In this document: in pieces, positions 36,117 to 50,082 of the stretch
Numbering within the stretch: position 1 is the first letter of the stretch
Layout: each line of letters starts with the position of its first letter
Source: Marsupella aquatica
Lineage: Eukaryota; Plantae; Marchantiophyta
Reading direction: 5' to 3'
Assembly: GCA_973895155.1 (NCBI GenBank)
Contig: OZ316895.1
Span: 804,435 to 868,434 of the forward strand
DNA: 64,000 nt
Position numbers and translations under genes: made by a program
The notes under the pieces: generated by a model
The model's input: the letters and a program-made list of their open reading frames with translations, nothing else
What the model was told of the DNA's origin: nothing
The model's database searches: none

Positions 36117-39100
36117 TGATATAAGATAATGATGAATGATACCATTATTAGTTTACTCAATGGTGTTGATATATATACATGGTGGTTAGTGTAACCATGG
36201 TTGAAGTAACTCTAGTTATAGGTAGAGTTTAACACTCCCCCTTGACCATGTAGTGGTAACTATGTAGTCAATTGTTCTATAACTAGATTTCATATATCAT
36301 GTTTATAAATTACATGATATTGATGCAATGGAGGAAGACTGCCTCGTTAAAACCTTTAGCAACTTAATATAAAAACTCTGTTTGTAAGTAGAGAAAAATC
36401 TATAGTTCTTAAAGGAAAAAGAGTACAGTCTTGTGATCCTCATGAATAGTTTGAAAATTTCAATAGTAGTAATAGCTCCAGTCAAGTCTCTGACATCATC
36501 TTGCGTAAGCTCCGAAGACCAATCTTGTGACAGTGTCGTTGATGAATAGCTGGTGTCAATGATTTGGTGAATAAGTCAGCACAGTTGTCTTCGCTTGTTA
36601 CCTGCATCACATTGATTTCTTTTCCATGTAGTTCATGAGTGTAAAAGAACTTTGGTGTGATATGCTTCACTCGATCACCTTTAATAAATCCTCGTGTGAT
36701 CTGTTGAATACAAGCTGCATTATCTTCAAATATGTTAGTAGGTTGAGTTAGGCCGTTGAAGCCGCTTTGTACTTGTATGTGGTTTATAAGTGATCGTAAC
36801 CATAGGGCTTCTCGGCTAGCTTCATGAAGAGCTAAAATTTCGGAGTGGTTAGAAGATGTAGTTGTTAAAGTTTGTTTAACACTCTTCCAAGAAATAGCTG
36901 TGTCTCCACTAAGGAAGACGTATCCTGTTTGAGATTTTGCAGTGTCGGTATCTGAAAGATAACCAGCATTTGCATATCCCACAATCTCATGTGTAGAGTT
37001 AAACGGGAAAAATAATCCCGTGTCTGTGTGTCCACGTAAGTAACGGAATATGTGTTTAACGCCATTCCAATGGCGAGAGGTGGGATTTGCGCTATGTCTT
37101 GCTAAAAGGTTTACTGCAAATGAGATGTCTGGTCGAGTTTGGTTAGCTAAGTACATAAGTGCACCTATAGCTGAAAGGTAAGGTGTTTCAGGTCCTAAGG
37201 TTGGTTCATGTTCTTCGCGTTTGCAAAAAACATCAGTACTATTTTCTAAGGATCTGATTACCATTGGTGATGTCAGTGGGTGAGCTAGGTGCATGTTGAA
37301 CTGTTTCAGGATTTTTTCAGTATATGTGGTCTGGTGCAATAACATGCCAGTGGGCAAGATTTCGAGTTGTAGACCTAAGCAAAAACTAGTTTGACCAAGG
37401 TCTTTCATCTCGAAAGTGGACTTTAGAGTGGTGATGGTATATTCAGTAATTTTTGGAGTGCCAAAAATGTTTAAATCATCAACATAGATTGCAATGATGA
37501 CAAACTCATCATCAACATGCTTAATAAATAGGCATGGTGCAATAGCATCATGGGAAAATCCCATGGATATCATCTCATCGGTAAATCTTTGATACCATAC
37601 CCTGCCACTTTGTTTAAGGCCATATAGGGCCTTCAACACGCGGATAGCTAGTCCGCGGCGGGTATGCCGTACGGTGGACAGCGGTGTCAGAATGTGTGTT
37701 AGACACATTAGTAGACGAATTAGATGATATTGGAATGAGTTTCTGTAAATATGGAATATGGGATTTAGCTCCTTGAGTTAAAGCACGCTTACGTGCTTCT
37801 AATTCTGGTGGTGCACGCATATAAATACACGTGTCCAAGGTCCCATAAAGATATGCAGTAGCGACATCCATTTGTCGCATTTTTAGTTTATGAAAAATTG
37901 CAAAACTAATAAGGTATCTAAAAGTTATGCTATCCATTACTGGTGAGTAGGTCTCATCATAATGAATACCAGGTTGTTGAGTAAAGCCTTTCCCGACTAA
38001 GCGGGCTTTATAACGGACAACTTGTCCCTTATCATTACGTTTACGGACAAAGGTCCATTTATATCCAATTAAATGGACATCTGGTGGTGTTAATTCCATT
38101 GAGCCGAATGTGTTTCGACTTAATAGAGAATCAAGTTCTCCATTAATAGCTTCTTGCCATTTAGGCCAGTCAAGCCTGTTCTGGCATTCTATAATGGTTA
38201 ATGGTTCTGGTGTTTCATCCGTAATGGTTTTAGCAACCATGGATGCGAAACATTCATTTGTGATGGTGACTTGTCGGTCCCAAATTTCACCAGAATGGTT
38301 GTAATGGATTGATATTTCGTCATTACTTGGAGGAGAGCTCGAAGTAATGATTGGTGAACCAGGTGTAGACGAAGGTCGTCTACGTGGTTGTTTATCTTTT
38401 GCACCAAGGGGTCGACCTCGTTTTTGTCGAGGTTGTTGAGTTCCAGCTATATTAATTGGAATTTGGATCCTCGCTGGTGCATTTGCCGCAGGAATATGCG
38501 ACCGAGTTACTTGTGTGGTATCCACAAAGGAATCAGGTAACTCCTCCACTATCTTGTGGAGTTGTAAGATGCGTTGTACTTCCTTCTCCCCCTCATTTGT
38601 TCTAATATCTTCCCAAAATGGGGAAGTGCGTTCCCACTCCAAAAGTGGTGGTGGGTTCGTGTCGGGGTTATATAGTTTAGGAAAAATGTTTTCATCAAAA
38701 TGGCAATCTGCAAATCTAGCCTTAAAAAGGTCACCTGTGGTAGGCTCCAAATATCGGATAATCGACGGGGAGTCATATCCGACATAAATCCCCAACTGTC
38801 GTTGGGGTCCCATCTTTGTTCGTTTGGGTGGAGTTATGGGGACCATAACTTGACATCCAAACGATCGAAGATGGGATAAGTCAGGTTGTCTACCGTTATT
38901 CAGGTGGTAAGGGCTATAATCGTTAAATGCAGATGGTCTATATTGTATTAGTGCGTTAGCATGTAAGATAGCATGGCCCATGCAGTAACGGGTAGTTTTG
39001 CCTGCATTAGAAGTGGGCGTGCTATTAGCTGTAGGCGCTTGATGATTGCTTCAGCCAATCCATTTTGAAAATGGACATGTGGTACTGGGTATTGGATATC

Positions 39101-42100
39101 AATACCAAGTGATGTGCAAAAATCATCGAAAGTGGATGATGTGAACTCCCCCACATTATCTACGCGCAATGTCTTAATGGGTTGATTTGTGAATTGTGCT
39201 TTCAGGCGCAAAATCTGCGTGAGAATGCGGGGTATGGCTAAATTGCGTGTTGAAAGTAAGGTCACATTTGACCATTTAGTGGATGCATCTATTATCACCA
39301 TAAAGTAGCGGAATGGTCCGCTAGGTGGGTTAATCGGGCCGCAAATGTCAGCATGCAAAAATGCTAGGAATTCAGGTATTTTGTTTGGCAATTTTGAAAA
39401 TGAGGGTTTAGCGATTAATTTGCCTTGTGAGCATGCTGAGCATGGTGCAGTTAGCGCAATATGGCGGATATTGTTTGGTATGCCTTGAGCATGCTTCTTT
39501 ATTTTGTTCAACATTGATTGGCCAGGGTGGCCTAGGCGTGTATGCCATAGCTTGTTCAAGGAGTTGGCTTGAATTGTATTGTGTAGGCATTCAATGTGTG
39601 TTAAATAGAACCCACATGAGTTCGAGAATAAAGTTTCTCTTATTATTTTTCCTAGAGGTGTAACTTCAACAATGTGAAGAACCTCTTGGGATTTTGTGTT
39701 CCCAGTTTGGACGTGGAGTCCATTCGCTCTTAGATCTCTAAAGCTTAAAAGGTTTCTAGTTGCTTGAGGTGCATATATAGCTGATTCTATATGTATTTCT
39801 GTGCCTTGAGGTAATCTCAAGGAAGCTGGGCCATAGCCCTCTTCTATCTGGTTAGAACCGTTAATTGTCATGATTGAGCGATTAGAGGGTGTGATTCTAT
39901 GAAATAGCTTTCTATCCCGTAGGATAGAGTGTGTGGTGCCGCTATCAATAATGCATGTGCTCGGGCTATCTAGGTCTATTGATGTAGACGTAGACGCAAC
40001 TAGGTGTGTTTCAGGATTTGGGCCAAAGTCCTGAAATGGGTCATGAGATTCCATGAAAGTTCCATGGGTCTCACGCGGTGTGCTTTCGTGTTTCTTTTCC
40101 TTCAAGGAACGCTAATATAGTTCCTTAAGGTGTTTTGGGATTCTGCAGTCACGGGCAAGGTGGTTGTTCATGCCGCATTGGTGGCATAGTTTCGTAGGTG
40201 AGCGTTGGAATCTCCTTGGTTGGTTGTTTTGCCTATAGTTTCTGCCTTTGCGGTTTCTATTATAGCCACCGCCGCGGAAACGCTGTTGCTTACGTCCATT
40301 GAATGGGCAATTTTTAAAGTTTCTTTGGTTTCTATGGTTGAAGTAACTCCCCCTGTTGGAGTTATGGTTATGTCTTTGCCCTTTACTATATTTAGTAGTT
40401 TTAGGGTTTTGTTGGCTTGAAGTGGAAGCTTCGCCATTTTCTATGGCATGAGCTTCCGTTAATTGTGTGGGCGCTAAGGTTCCAGCTGGTCTCTTCTTTG
40501 AGTTGATAAGCAATAATTGTTGTTGTTGTTCAGCAACCAAAAGGTGGGATAGGAGTTCTGAGTATTGGGTAAACTTCATGTTGCGATACTGAGTCGCAAG
40601 TATTAGGTTTGTGGAGTGAAAAGTGGATAGGGTCTTTTCTAGTAGGTCATTATCAGATGTTGTCTCGCCGCATACAATGGTAGGATAGGGTTGAGCGATG
40701 GAATGCAAAGTTATTTAGGTCATTCGCTAGGGTTGATATGATTATTAGGTTTTGGTTTAAATTTTCTGTTTGCACTTATCTGGTTAGATTCCTTTGTATT
40801 TGGATAAGTGCATTCTTTCCTTTGTATTTTAGGTTTTCTTTGTATTCCTTGTGCAATTATGCAGGGTTGCAGTTAAGTCGTTAAGTGCACACAATTACAC
40901 GGTGATTCTGAAAGCTTTGCAGGATTATGCAATTAAAGAGGTTTAGCGGTTGTGCAGCGTGCACTTAGCGGTTTTTGGCTCGAGCTCGATGTTTTATCTA
41001 TGAAATGGGGCGCCATTTCGTCTCTTGGTGGCCCCCTTTGCACGTCCCTTCGTGCTACCTTTGTCTGTTGCATCAAATCTCGGTCCGTTGTGCTTCGACC
41101 TTCAACCTTCGGTCTTGTTGTTCCTTTTCCTCGATGTCCTTATCTTCCGTAGTTCTTCTCCTTCGCAACATTCACTCACTGCAACTGTCGCGATGTTCTT
41201 AATGTATCGGGTTGCTTCTTTTTCCCTTTCTTCGCATTCCTTATGCTTTTGATTTCCGTAAGCCTGTAAAGTCACCTCTTTAATTTCTCGATCATTGGCT
41301 CCTCGATCGCTCTCTCCTTTGCTCGCGCACTCCTTCTATCAATGTCCCTTTCGCTTCGTTGTTCTCTTACGAGTTTCTCATCGAATTTCTGAAATTTCTG
41401 GATGTCTACTCCGTCTACTTACGATCGCCTTCGGTCTTCGTAAGAATTCCTTTGATTTCAGCCAGCTTCCGTTCCGGCGTCTCTTTTGGCCCTCTTTTCA
41501 ATTCCTTTTGAGAATTTTTGATCTCACATGCTCTCGACATCGGTCCTCATTGTGCACCCTGCGCTCCTGTTCGTTCCTCATCGCCCGTTCTTGACCTTGG
41601 ATTCTACGTCTCCTTTTCGTGTATGTCCCCTTTTGTTCCCGATCTCCTTCGGGTTCCTATTTAGAGTCTAGGCTTTCGCCTTTCTTCCCTTTCTCACCGC
41701 GGCCGTCGCCCGTTTAGTCCCCAGCGCCTCTCTCGCCCCTTTAGTTCGGCCTCCTGTCCTTATGGCTTTCATCAATTGAATGTGCTTATTTAATTGACGA
41801 AGCTGGGATCCTTCGATGTCTATTTTGAGTGTGTGTTTCTTTCTCTTCGATCGTCCTTTCGTTTTGTCTCCTTCTTCTCTTTCCTTATGCCTTCGATCGT
41901 CAACTGAATTTCTTCGATTGCAGCCAGCATCTATGGTTTATTCCTTTCAAAGGATTTTTGTGAGCTTTCGGTCGTCGGTCGCTAGCATAGTTCTTTGATT
42001 TCCTTATCGATTCTTTGCGCTCCCTACGAGTTCCTCTGGCTTTCGATTCTCGTTTATTCTGTGGGCCTCTTCAACCTTCTTTCGTGGTCCCTCTAACATA

Positions 42101-42349
42101 TCTTCTTTTCCAGGTTGAAATTTCTCCACATTCGCATCATTCTCTTTGGGGAAAGCTGGAATTCAGATTCTTAAAAAAAATTCTCATCTCCCGTTTCGTG
42201 CTCGGCTAGTCTAAGGCTCGTGCTGATAACGTGATATAAGATAATGATGAATGATACCATTATTAGTTTACTCAATGGTGTTGATATATATACATGGTGG
42301 TTAGTGTAACCATGGTTGAAGTAACTCTAGTTATAGGTAGAGTTTAACA
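36117..42349 (-). mobile_element. Ty1/copia LTR retrotransposon, Bianca lineage
   Basis: Identical 118-bp TG..CA LTRs (36117-36234 and 42232-42349), 5-bp TSD AAGGA, PBS CGTTATCAGCACGA, PPT AGGGGGAG. Confidence 0.95.
36482..40708 (-). pseudogene. Copia gag-pol, disrupted
   Basis: Gag LLEKTLSTFH..CHQCGMNNHLARDC; PR IIDSGTTH; INT LWHTRLGHP, HADICGP, RVDN, NGLAE; RT YKARLV, LYGLKQSGR, YVDD; RH GYANAGY. A stop at 40112 and frameshifts near 38960 and 37700. Confidence 0.92.
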
Positions 42350-42899
42350 AAGGAGAAATTCTTGCAATGTGATCAAGAATGCAAATGGGGCTGATTCTGA
42401 AACAAACCATCTCGTTCAGTCTCCCTGATGAAAACAAAGGAGCAGCAAGTTACCTCCCTTGGTCAAGCTGAAACACAAATTGATCATGAAAGTGAGAAGA
42501 AATGGAGCACAAATCAGCCAACTAGCAACAACAGCAGACTTGCATTTGCGATCCAACATAGCAGAGGCAACCAACATAGTAGACTTGCAGCTGCAACTCG
42601 GACAGCAAGAAGGTCAATGGCTAGCCGCAACAGTTGACGAAAGTAGCACAAACTTGAGTGAAAGGGTCACAAACTTGCAGCAGTAGCATAGAAATGTGAG
42701 CTGCAGAATTTGAGCGCAAACTCAAGTTGGGGCTGCATCACATCTTGCAGTACACAACACAGCCAAGATCAGTTGGGACAACTCAAAACCAAATAAACTA
42801 CATAGAGATAGGAGTACCTATAGTTGTCAAACATTTAAACTCTAAGACAAAGACTGTAATGTATATCATTGTGAATGACTTTTAAAACTCATTGTTCAG

Positions 42900-43258
42900 T
42901 TGTTAATTGCACATACTCCTATAGTTAAGTAAGACAAATTGAGTCCTAAATCTTGACTACATAAGTCATTCGTTTCTGCATGTATGAGCCTCAACAAGTT
43001 GTTAATTATAACATTTTTGGTTGAAAATTATGACGAGAGTCATTATTTACGAGAGTTTCCAAAGTTTGGTTTGTCATAGATTACAACTAGATGAGTCATT
43101 CCATATGAGTAAGGCCCAAGTCATTCTAACGACTTAGTGGGTTGAGTCACAAAACTTATAACGCAGTGTCATAAGAATGACTAGTATAAAATGGAGTCAT
43201 ACAACAGTCATACCATAGTCCTAAAAGTGGTCAGAATTAGGGGTCTTTTCTACTAGTG
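42900..43258. mobile_element. Orphan terminus of a second CACTA element
   Basis: Ends ...GGGGTCTTTTCTACTAGTG (reverse complement CACTAGTAGAAAA), preceded by many GAGTCA/TGACT subterminal motifs. No matching partner end was found. Confidence 0.7.
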
Positions 43259-45351
43259 GAGCAACAACTCCAAGCTTTCTTGTTTGAGCTCAAGCTGGTG
43301 CAGGTTGAAGAGCACATCAATCTTGAATGTGGAAACAACTGTGCAGCAGAACTGTCGAGCAAAATAAATGAGGGAAAATCAAGATGGCAAGGCGAGAAGC
43401 AAGCACCAAGCTTCAGCAGCAAGTGAAGCAGCGATAGCAATGGGGATAGCAATGATAGCGGCAAGTCCAACAGTGATAGCAGCAAGTCGAGCACCGATTG
43501 CAGCAGAGCACCGATAGCAGCAAGGCAAGTTCAGCAGCGAGTTGAGCAGGCGTTCAGCAGCAAGTTCGGGGTTTAGGGTTCTTTATACTCAGAGTTGTGG
43601 TTAACAAGCAAATTTGTGACAACCTACAGTAGGCTTTGGTGAACTTGCTATTATTGACATGCTTTGTTCTAAAGCCCTCCTATTTTAACTTATTGGAAAC
43701 ACATATAAAAGTTGTGTTATCATATCATACGGGCCCTATGTGAGTGCGTTGCACTGTGCAAGGAGGGCCGGCCCATAAGGAGTCAAGCCGAGGCATTTAT
43801 GGGGCAGCGGGAAGCACATATGTGCCAGGGGTGCATATTTTTTCCATCAATGGTCAGGGAAAATAGCTAATCAAATCCAATGACTATGGATCTTTCCCGC
43901 CTAGGAGTTTTTTTGTTTTGGGATGAAGGACCAAAAAGGAAGGCGGGATCCCTTATTATAATTGTAAATGAAATCTACTAAATGAATCATTTAGTATACA
44001 GTAATGACAATGAATGGAATTTCACATGAGAAGGAAATTCATGAACACCCATGATCCAACGGTCATGACTGCCTCCCACCCACAACTTGTTTTGTAAACA
44101 AACAATGCAAAGGGTTACTTTGGTAGGATTGCATGTTACAATGGTTGATAAAGTATGGTGCAATCTTATGTAATTTTTCAGTTATTGGCCAGAAGTTTCA
44201 ATAAGCCACAGATTTTAATAAAAAACTTCATCAACTAAGGCAATTGTACTTCCCATAGAGAACAACGTGTTGAGTTGAGTTGTAATCACAATGGTGGCCA
44301 AGAAATTAAAATAACCTCATTATGAAGAGACTATTCTCCAGACTATTCTATACATATTATAATTTTGACTTTTAGATCACCTATGTTAGTGTTAACAACT
44401 TGTTTTGTACCATTTATAAAACTTCACTCAAAACATTGTGGAAATATCTATTTTGGATCACATCTTGTTCTTACCAATTTTATTCAATTAAACCTGTGGT
44501 TCCACCCTACTCAGAGCACTTACTAAGACATGATTTTGTCCATCAGCAATTCAGGAAACTTACGACTGCAGGGGTTAGCCTGTCAACTTACCTTCCAGTG
44601 GGACCTTAAAATTTACACAACCAAGCAACTCAAAATCAAACTCCTCCCACTTATTGAATTTGGGTCAACAATATGTGGGGAGTCATTCAATCTTGATTTT
44701 GGTAGCCACACATCTTTTCCACACCCACAGGGGCCAACCACACCTGCCCATATAAAAGCCCCATTCCCTGCCTCCCTACTTGTGCATTCTTCTCCTGTGA
44801 TGAACATTGTACTCACCATAAAAGGTCAAGCCCAAGCCCATTCCTAGTGAAACTGAATGTTTGTACTTTATAATGAGAGCTATAGGTAATACACGTTGTT
44901 GTGTTCTAATTAAATAAGTGGATACTTGAATGATATAATCCAGGACAGATTGATCTTCCTCTGTATACAGCGATAAGTTTAGCTTGGTTTCCACTAAATC
45001 TTCTTCAGAATGTGTGTCCTACATGCTCTTTTTGCTGATAAATTTTCAGCCCATTCTCTTGAGGGAATGTGGAGAAATTCAGCAGACCTTGGTTTCCTAG
45101 ATTGTAGTTACCAAACTCTCTTGAAGTTCATTCTATTCCAACCAAACTCTTTCTTTGGTCACTTGCCTAATAATATGTAACACTAGCCTGACTACTCGTT
45201 TGTTTGAACGTAAAATATAGGTGAGCCCAAAAACACCTTGCAAAAGAGGCACATTTTTATTATATTATATTATATTTTCCACGTGAACCCACGATGGGGG
45301 CAAGGGGGGATCCCAAAAGGCTATCAAAATATAAAAGGCACCCCAACCAGG

Positions 45352-45700
45352 AAAAAGACACCTTATTATTGACACTCATTTAAAATTTATCCCCATTCTG
45401 TTAGAGAGGCATGGGTGTGTGGTAGCTTACTTGAGTGGAGACCCATAGGGTCTTGGGTTCAATTATTGTGACTGACTATTCCTTTATATGGGGTTTCATA
45501 AATTTTTCCTTAGAAATAAAAATAAAATACTAAAAAGACACCTTATTATTGAGACTCATTTAAAATTTGTCCACATTCTGTCGGAGAGGCATGGGTGTGT
45601 GATAGCTTACTTGAGTGGAGATTGATAGGGTCTTGGGTTCGATTGTTGTGATAGACTATTCCTTTATATGGGGCTTACAGATTTTTCCTTAAAAATAAAA
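45352..45700 (+). repeat. Two tandem ~180-bp units with tRNA-like A/B boxes (SINE-like)
   Basis: Units start at 45352 and 45532. Each has TGGGTGTGTG(G/A)TAGC, then GGGTTC(A/G)ATT, then an A-rich tail. Confidence 0.6.
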
Positions 45701-47209
45701 TACTATCTCCATTCCCTACAGCTCCAAAGTTAAGCGAGGCTTCACTCTAGAGCTATAAAGTAAGTTCCAATTATAGCAAATTAATAGTAAGATTGGAGGA
45801 AAAATGAGATTCACTACAGTCCATGCAAGTCTATCCGGGCATTGTTTCATACCTGGGGGTACATCGTACCTCCCTTCTCTTTCCTACCAGAAAATGGTTC
45901 AATCAATACGATGGGGAATCTGCTTTTCACCACGAACCTGACACGTTTTCATCAAATTTCTGTTCAGCTAATAATTACTGTAGAACTCACTATGATAAAG
46001 TGCAAATGGGATCGAGAGCAACTTACAGAGATTGCAATAAGAGATTGTCTTCCAATCTGAATGTTTGTGTCTGGACATCTTACTCTTCTTCATCCTACCT
46101 TTAAAAATTATCTACGATTGTAATCAGAGGCACCCTCATTCTACGCAAAGGTGGAGTGAAGCCGTCTAGGCCCTTGGCACACTCCTCATTAGCTGCACTC
46201 TTTGCTCTCAAGAGAAACCGAAGAAACAGAGTCCCGCGGGAAAGTTAGGTTAATAACAGGGCGTGTCAAAGCATAGTTGTAATTCAGTTACGGCTCAGGA
46301 TGCTCTTACGGTCAGGACAAAATCACGATGGGCTATCACAAAAGGTAACACTTTGGTTAGGGGAGAACTTTGATACGTGGGATTTAGTGTTTGGATATTG
46401 TCAAAGTCTAATTTGCCTTCCTTACTGCCCTTCATGATTTTACTCTTTGTAATTTTCTGTGTGTTTATGGAGAAGAATGCACAGTAAACATTTGTATAGG
46501 CACAGTACAAACTTTCCCTCTACTTTTATTAAATACTAACCTGATTAATCCTTCCTTGAACAAAAATAGAGGTGACGAGAAAAGAAAACCTTACAAAGCA
46601 AAGTATTTCATGCTATTTCTTGCTCATCTTTGTCTCCATGCCTGGTTTTTGGGTCTGCACCCTCACTTTAAGGTAAGCCCTCAGCTAGAGTCATGGTAGA
46701 GGTTTTGCTCTAGACAGTAAACCCATGAAGTAGCTTTTGACTGCGCTTTATTAGATAGATAATCAAATTTGATATCTCCTATGGCCCTTTTGTGTATTAA
46801 CAACCTGTTAGCAAAGCATTAGGGACAATATCTCCCCAAAATCCTCAAGCTTCTGCCCTTATTTTGGGGGCATGATGGCCCACAAACAGAACAGTATAAC
46901 TATAATTACTACCTAATGCCCTTCGGGATTTTTCTGTTTGTATATATATTTTCAGGGCATTGCAGAGTATAATGCCTCGGTCAAGATCTGGACCATCTCT
47001 TTTGGAAGATTGTCGGCAATGTTTACTAAATTCAGTAAAATTAAAATTCCTCAGACCAGTAAATGTATTAAGGTTCTGTTTTTGGAGCATTATAGGCAAT
47101 AATAGTCCGATAACTATCATGTGCAATAATATTCCCTCTAAACTCAAGCTCTCATTTTGGGGGGGATGGGCATTGTATCACACAATGCTTTGCAAACATG
47201 ACCTTACTG

Positions 47210-47279
47210 GCTGGCACAAATGGCTGGCGGGTGTTTGCCAAAAATTGAGATCGGACACCCGCCAGCCATTTGTGCCAGC
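47210..47279. repeat. Perfect 25-bp inverted repeat with 20-nt loop
   Basis: gctggcacaaatggctggcgggtgt / acacccgccagccatttgtgccagc. Confidence 0.9.
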
Positions 47280-49537
47280 AATTCGGGTGACTTAGACAAT
47301 TTTGGCCTGTCACATGGTGGTCATGAAAGTTGCACTGACCAGCTCGTGAAATTAGTCTTCTAGAACATAACATCTTTAATGAAATTTGCAGGGACTACAG
47401 GACCAGTTCGATTAGTGAGAGTACTGTAGTACATACTTCCAATGGACTGTTTTATCTACTGTAGATTCTCGAGACTCAACATAGATGTGCAGTTGACGAG
47501 CATTTTAATTTCTCCTTACAACAAGTTGCTCCTAGAGTAGGAATCTTACAACGAGAATCTTCTCGGTAAATAGTGTTTGGGAAGACGTCCGTGTAGCAAA
47601 GCCTTGAGAACTATGAATGCAAACAAGTGCTCCTTCAAGGCCCAATTTTTGAAAAGTGTAAGTCCCATCAACATGTAGATGTGTTTGTTCTTATGGCTAT
47701 AAGACTCTGATGGGACCTCATTTTTGAAAAGTAAGGCATTGTTATGTTTTCTTTATGGTTGCTAATTCCAATGCATGCAACACAGGGCTCCCTGCATCTC
47801 TCAGGAATGAGGTTATAACATGCAATGCCCACGACAGGGTGTTCCAGCCATGACCCCTGAGTGGCCATGGGTTAAAGGGCATAAGCCCGAGTGTAGTTTT
47901 GCTCTATTTTTTACCTGAAAATTTGCTCTTGAAATTGGATACCCCACCAGGCATGCTAGCCAAGGGCCCCCAAATGTCATAACCCCAGACCAGGTTGGCA
48001 CGGGGTTTATAGTTCATAAACGTTCACAGAAATACAAAGAGAACACTACAGGAGGGGTTTACAGTACTGTACACCAGGAAACACAATTAACTGTAGACAC
48101 TTTGATGTAGTGAAAGAGTGAACAAGGTTGTCTCGTATAAAGGGACTCCAAGAGTCACAAGGATTTTTTTGAAAGACAAAAGCAGGCTTCTTGGGAGAGG
48201 ACTCTTTGGAGGGCTTTACAAGAACTACGAAATGGAGGGTTCCTCTCTCACATCTGGGTGGTGTATTCCCAAGGACTGGTCTCTTTTGGCTTTAGAATAA
48301 GAGTGTGGTATCCTCATACTTTAAGAAACCACTGATCCTACGTGGCACTAAGTGGGCCTAGGGAAGACATTTGCTTGGTCTCATCTGGTTGCACTGAATG
48401 TCTTCCCAACATTGGGCACCTACATTGGTTTTTGGGTTCAAAGCCTGGTGGAAAGAATGGGTTTGTTCTGGAAAAGCCAGCCTAGAATGAAAAGGGATCA
48501 TAACTGGGTTTTTTAACGGCCCCTCTTTAAGATGAAACGAAGATACAACTACTTTAACTCTCAATTTTGCACTCCATAATAAGAGGTAATACATACTTTT
48601 TACATAATTAGGGTGTCTTAACAAGATGTTTGGGGTCAGCTGTTTCTTTAGATTCCCACTAAACGAAGTCTGGACTGCACAGTGCATAAAAAGAGCTACA
48701 ATTGGCTTTACAAGAACTTGGGGGCCCATAGAGGTATGGTGTCTACCCATTGTGCTCTAAATGGCAATACTGGACCCAAGTAACTGCTCACGTGTACTAT
48801 TTTTCTTTGTCTAGAATTCTGGACCACATCCAAAGGTGGTCCAAACATTTTCAAACTTGGCTCTTTCATTCAAGACAATTGCATTGAACATCATTTCCCA
48901 AAAACATTGGTTTGGTGTCAATGTTTAGAACAAGATGTGGCTTGCAAATTTGCTTAGGTGAGAAAAAACCACAGGTGCCCCAGTCTTGTGAGGTCACCCT
49001 AATGTGTCCCAACCAGAGTAACAAACAGAAATACAGAGGAAACGATTGTGGAGTTAAATGTAGCAATGTCATGGAACGAGTCTCATAGGCCATGACCCCT
49101 CCTTTGTTTCTTCCTTTGTAGTTTCAGGGGTGCCCAGACTTAAACCCCTTGGCCAGCTCCAAGTCTCAGAATCCAACCTTGCCAAGTCTCAAAATTCCAA
49201 CATTTTATGTGAAAAGAGAATGTCAAGGGTTAGGCTTGCTACCCTACTCTACATCGGCATGTTTTTTAGTGACAACAAGATTCCACCTGTCTAAAGAGTC
49301 TCTGCCACTTTTGGCCACAGTTGGCTAAATGGCTTGTTTTCTGTCCTCCATTTGCCAGATTTGCACTTAGCCACAGACCCCATGGCCCAGAAGCTATCGG
49401 CCTTCCTGGATTGTCAGAAAATAACCTACAAAGCTTAGATAAGGAGTATTGCATCTTCTCCTGCAAACAATAGGTGAAATTTGCTGAAAAGGAAAAATGC
49501 CTTAAAACCGAAGCTCCCATACACCAGAGATATACTT

Positions 49538-49835
49538 GACTTACCCAAAATGCAAAGTGTTACTTGATGGACCTCATGAGTGATCCAGGCCATCGACACA
49601 GCTTAAATCAACTTACCCAAATTCCCATGGACCTATGAGTGATCCAACTTACCCCAATTCCCATGGACCCCATGAGTGATCCAGACCATAGACGCGCCTT
49701 AAAACTTACCCAAATTCCCATGGACCCATGAGTGATCCAGACCATCCACGCACCTTAAATCAACTTACCCAATTCCCATGGATCCCATGAGTGATCCAGA
49801 CCATCCACACACCTTAAATGAACTTACCCAAATTC
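49538..49835. repeat. Minisatellite, five to six units of ~40-70 bp
   Basis: Core acttacccaaattcccatggacccatgagtgatccagaccat. Confidence 0.85.
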
Positions 49836-50013
49836 TCAGGAGCCCTCATGGGGTCCATCAAGTAACACTTTTCAAATCAGAGTTCCATCATGCATAATTA
49901 TCTGTATGACACAGACTACATCCTGGGCCTTTTGCATGTTGGCCCTTTTGGGCAGGTTGTGTTTGCACCCTGGACCCCATTGGGGCTGGTGTTGGCGAGG
50001 AAGACAAAAAAGC

Positions 50014-50082
50014 AGAGTAGAGTAGAGTAGAGTAGAGTAGAGTAGAGTAGAGTAGAGTAGAGTAGAGTAGAGTAGAGTAGAG
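50014..50082. repeat. (AGAGT)~14 microsatellite
   Basis: Read directly from the sequence. Confidence 0.95.

Noticed and set aside
40952-42209. Several plus-strand Ser/Leu/Phe-rich ORFs
   Set aside because: By-product of pyrimidine bias in the copia leader.
45181-45210. Possible Helitron 3' end (CTAG on the minus strand)
   Set aside because: The hairpin is weak and no 5' end or Rep/Hel sequence was found.
49538-49835. Repeat array as a possible CRISPR
   Set aside because: The inter-repeat parts are similar to each other rather than unique spacers, there are no cas genes, and the context is eukaryotic.
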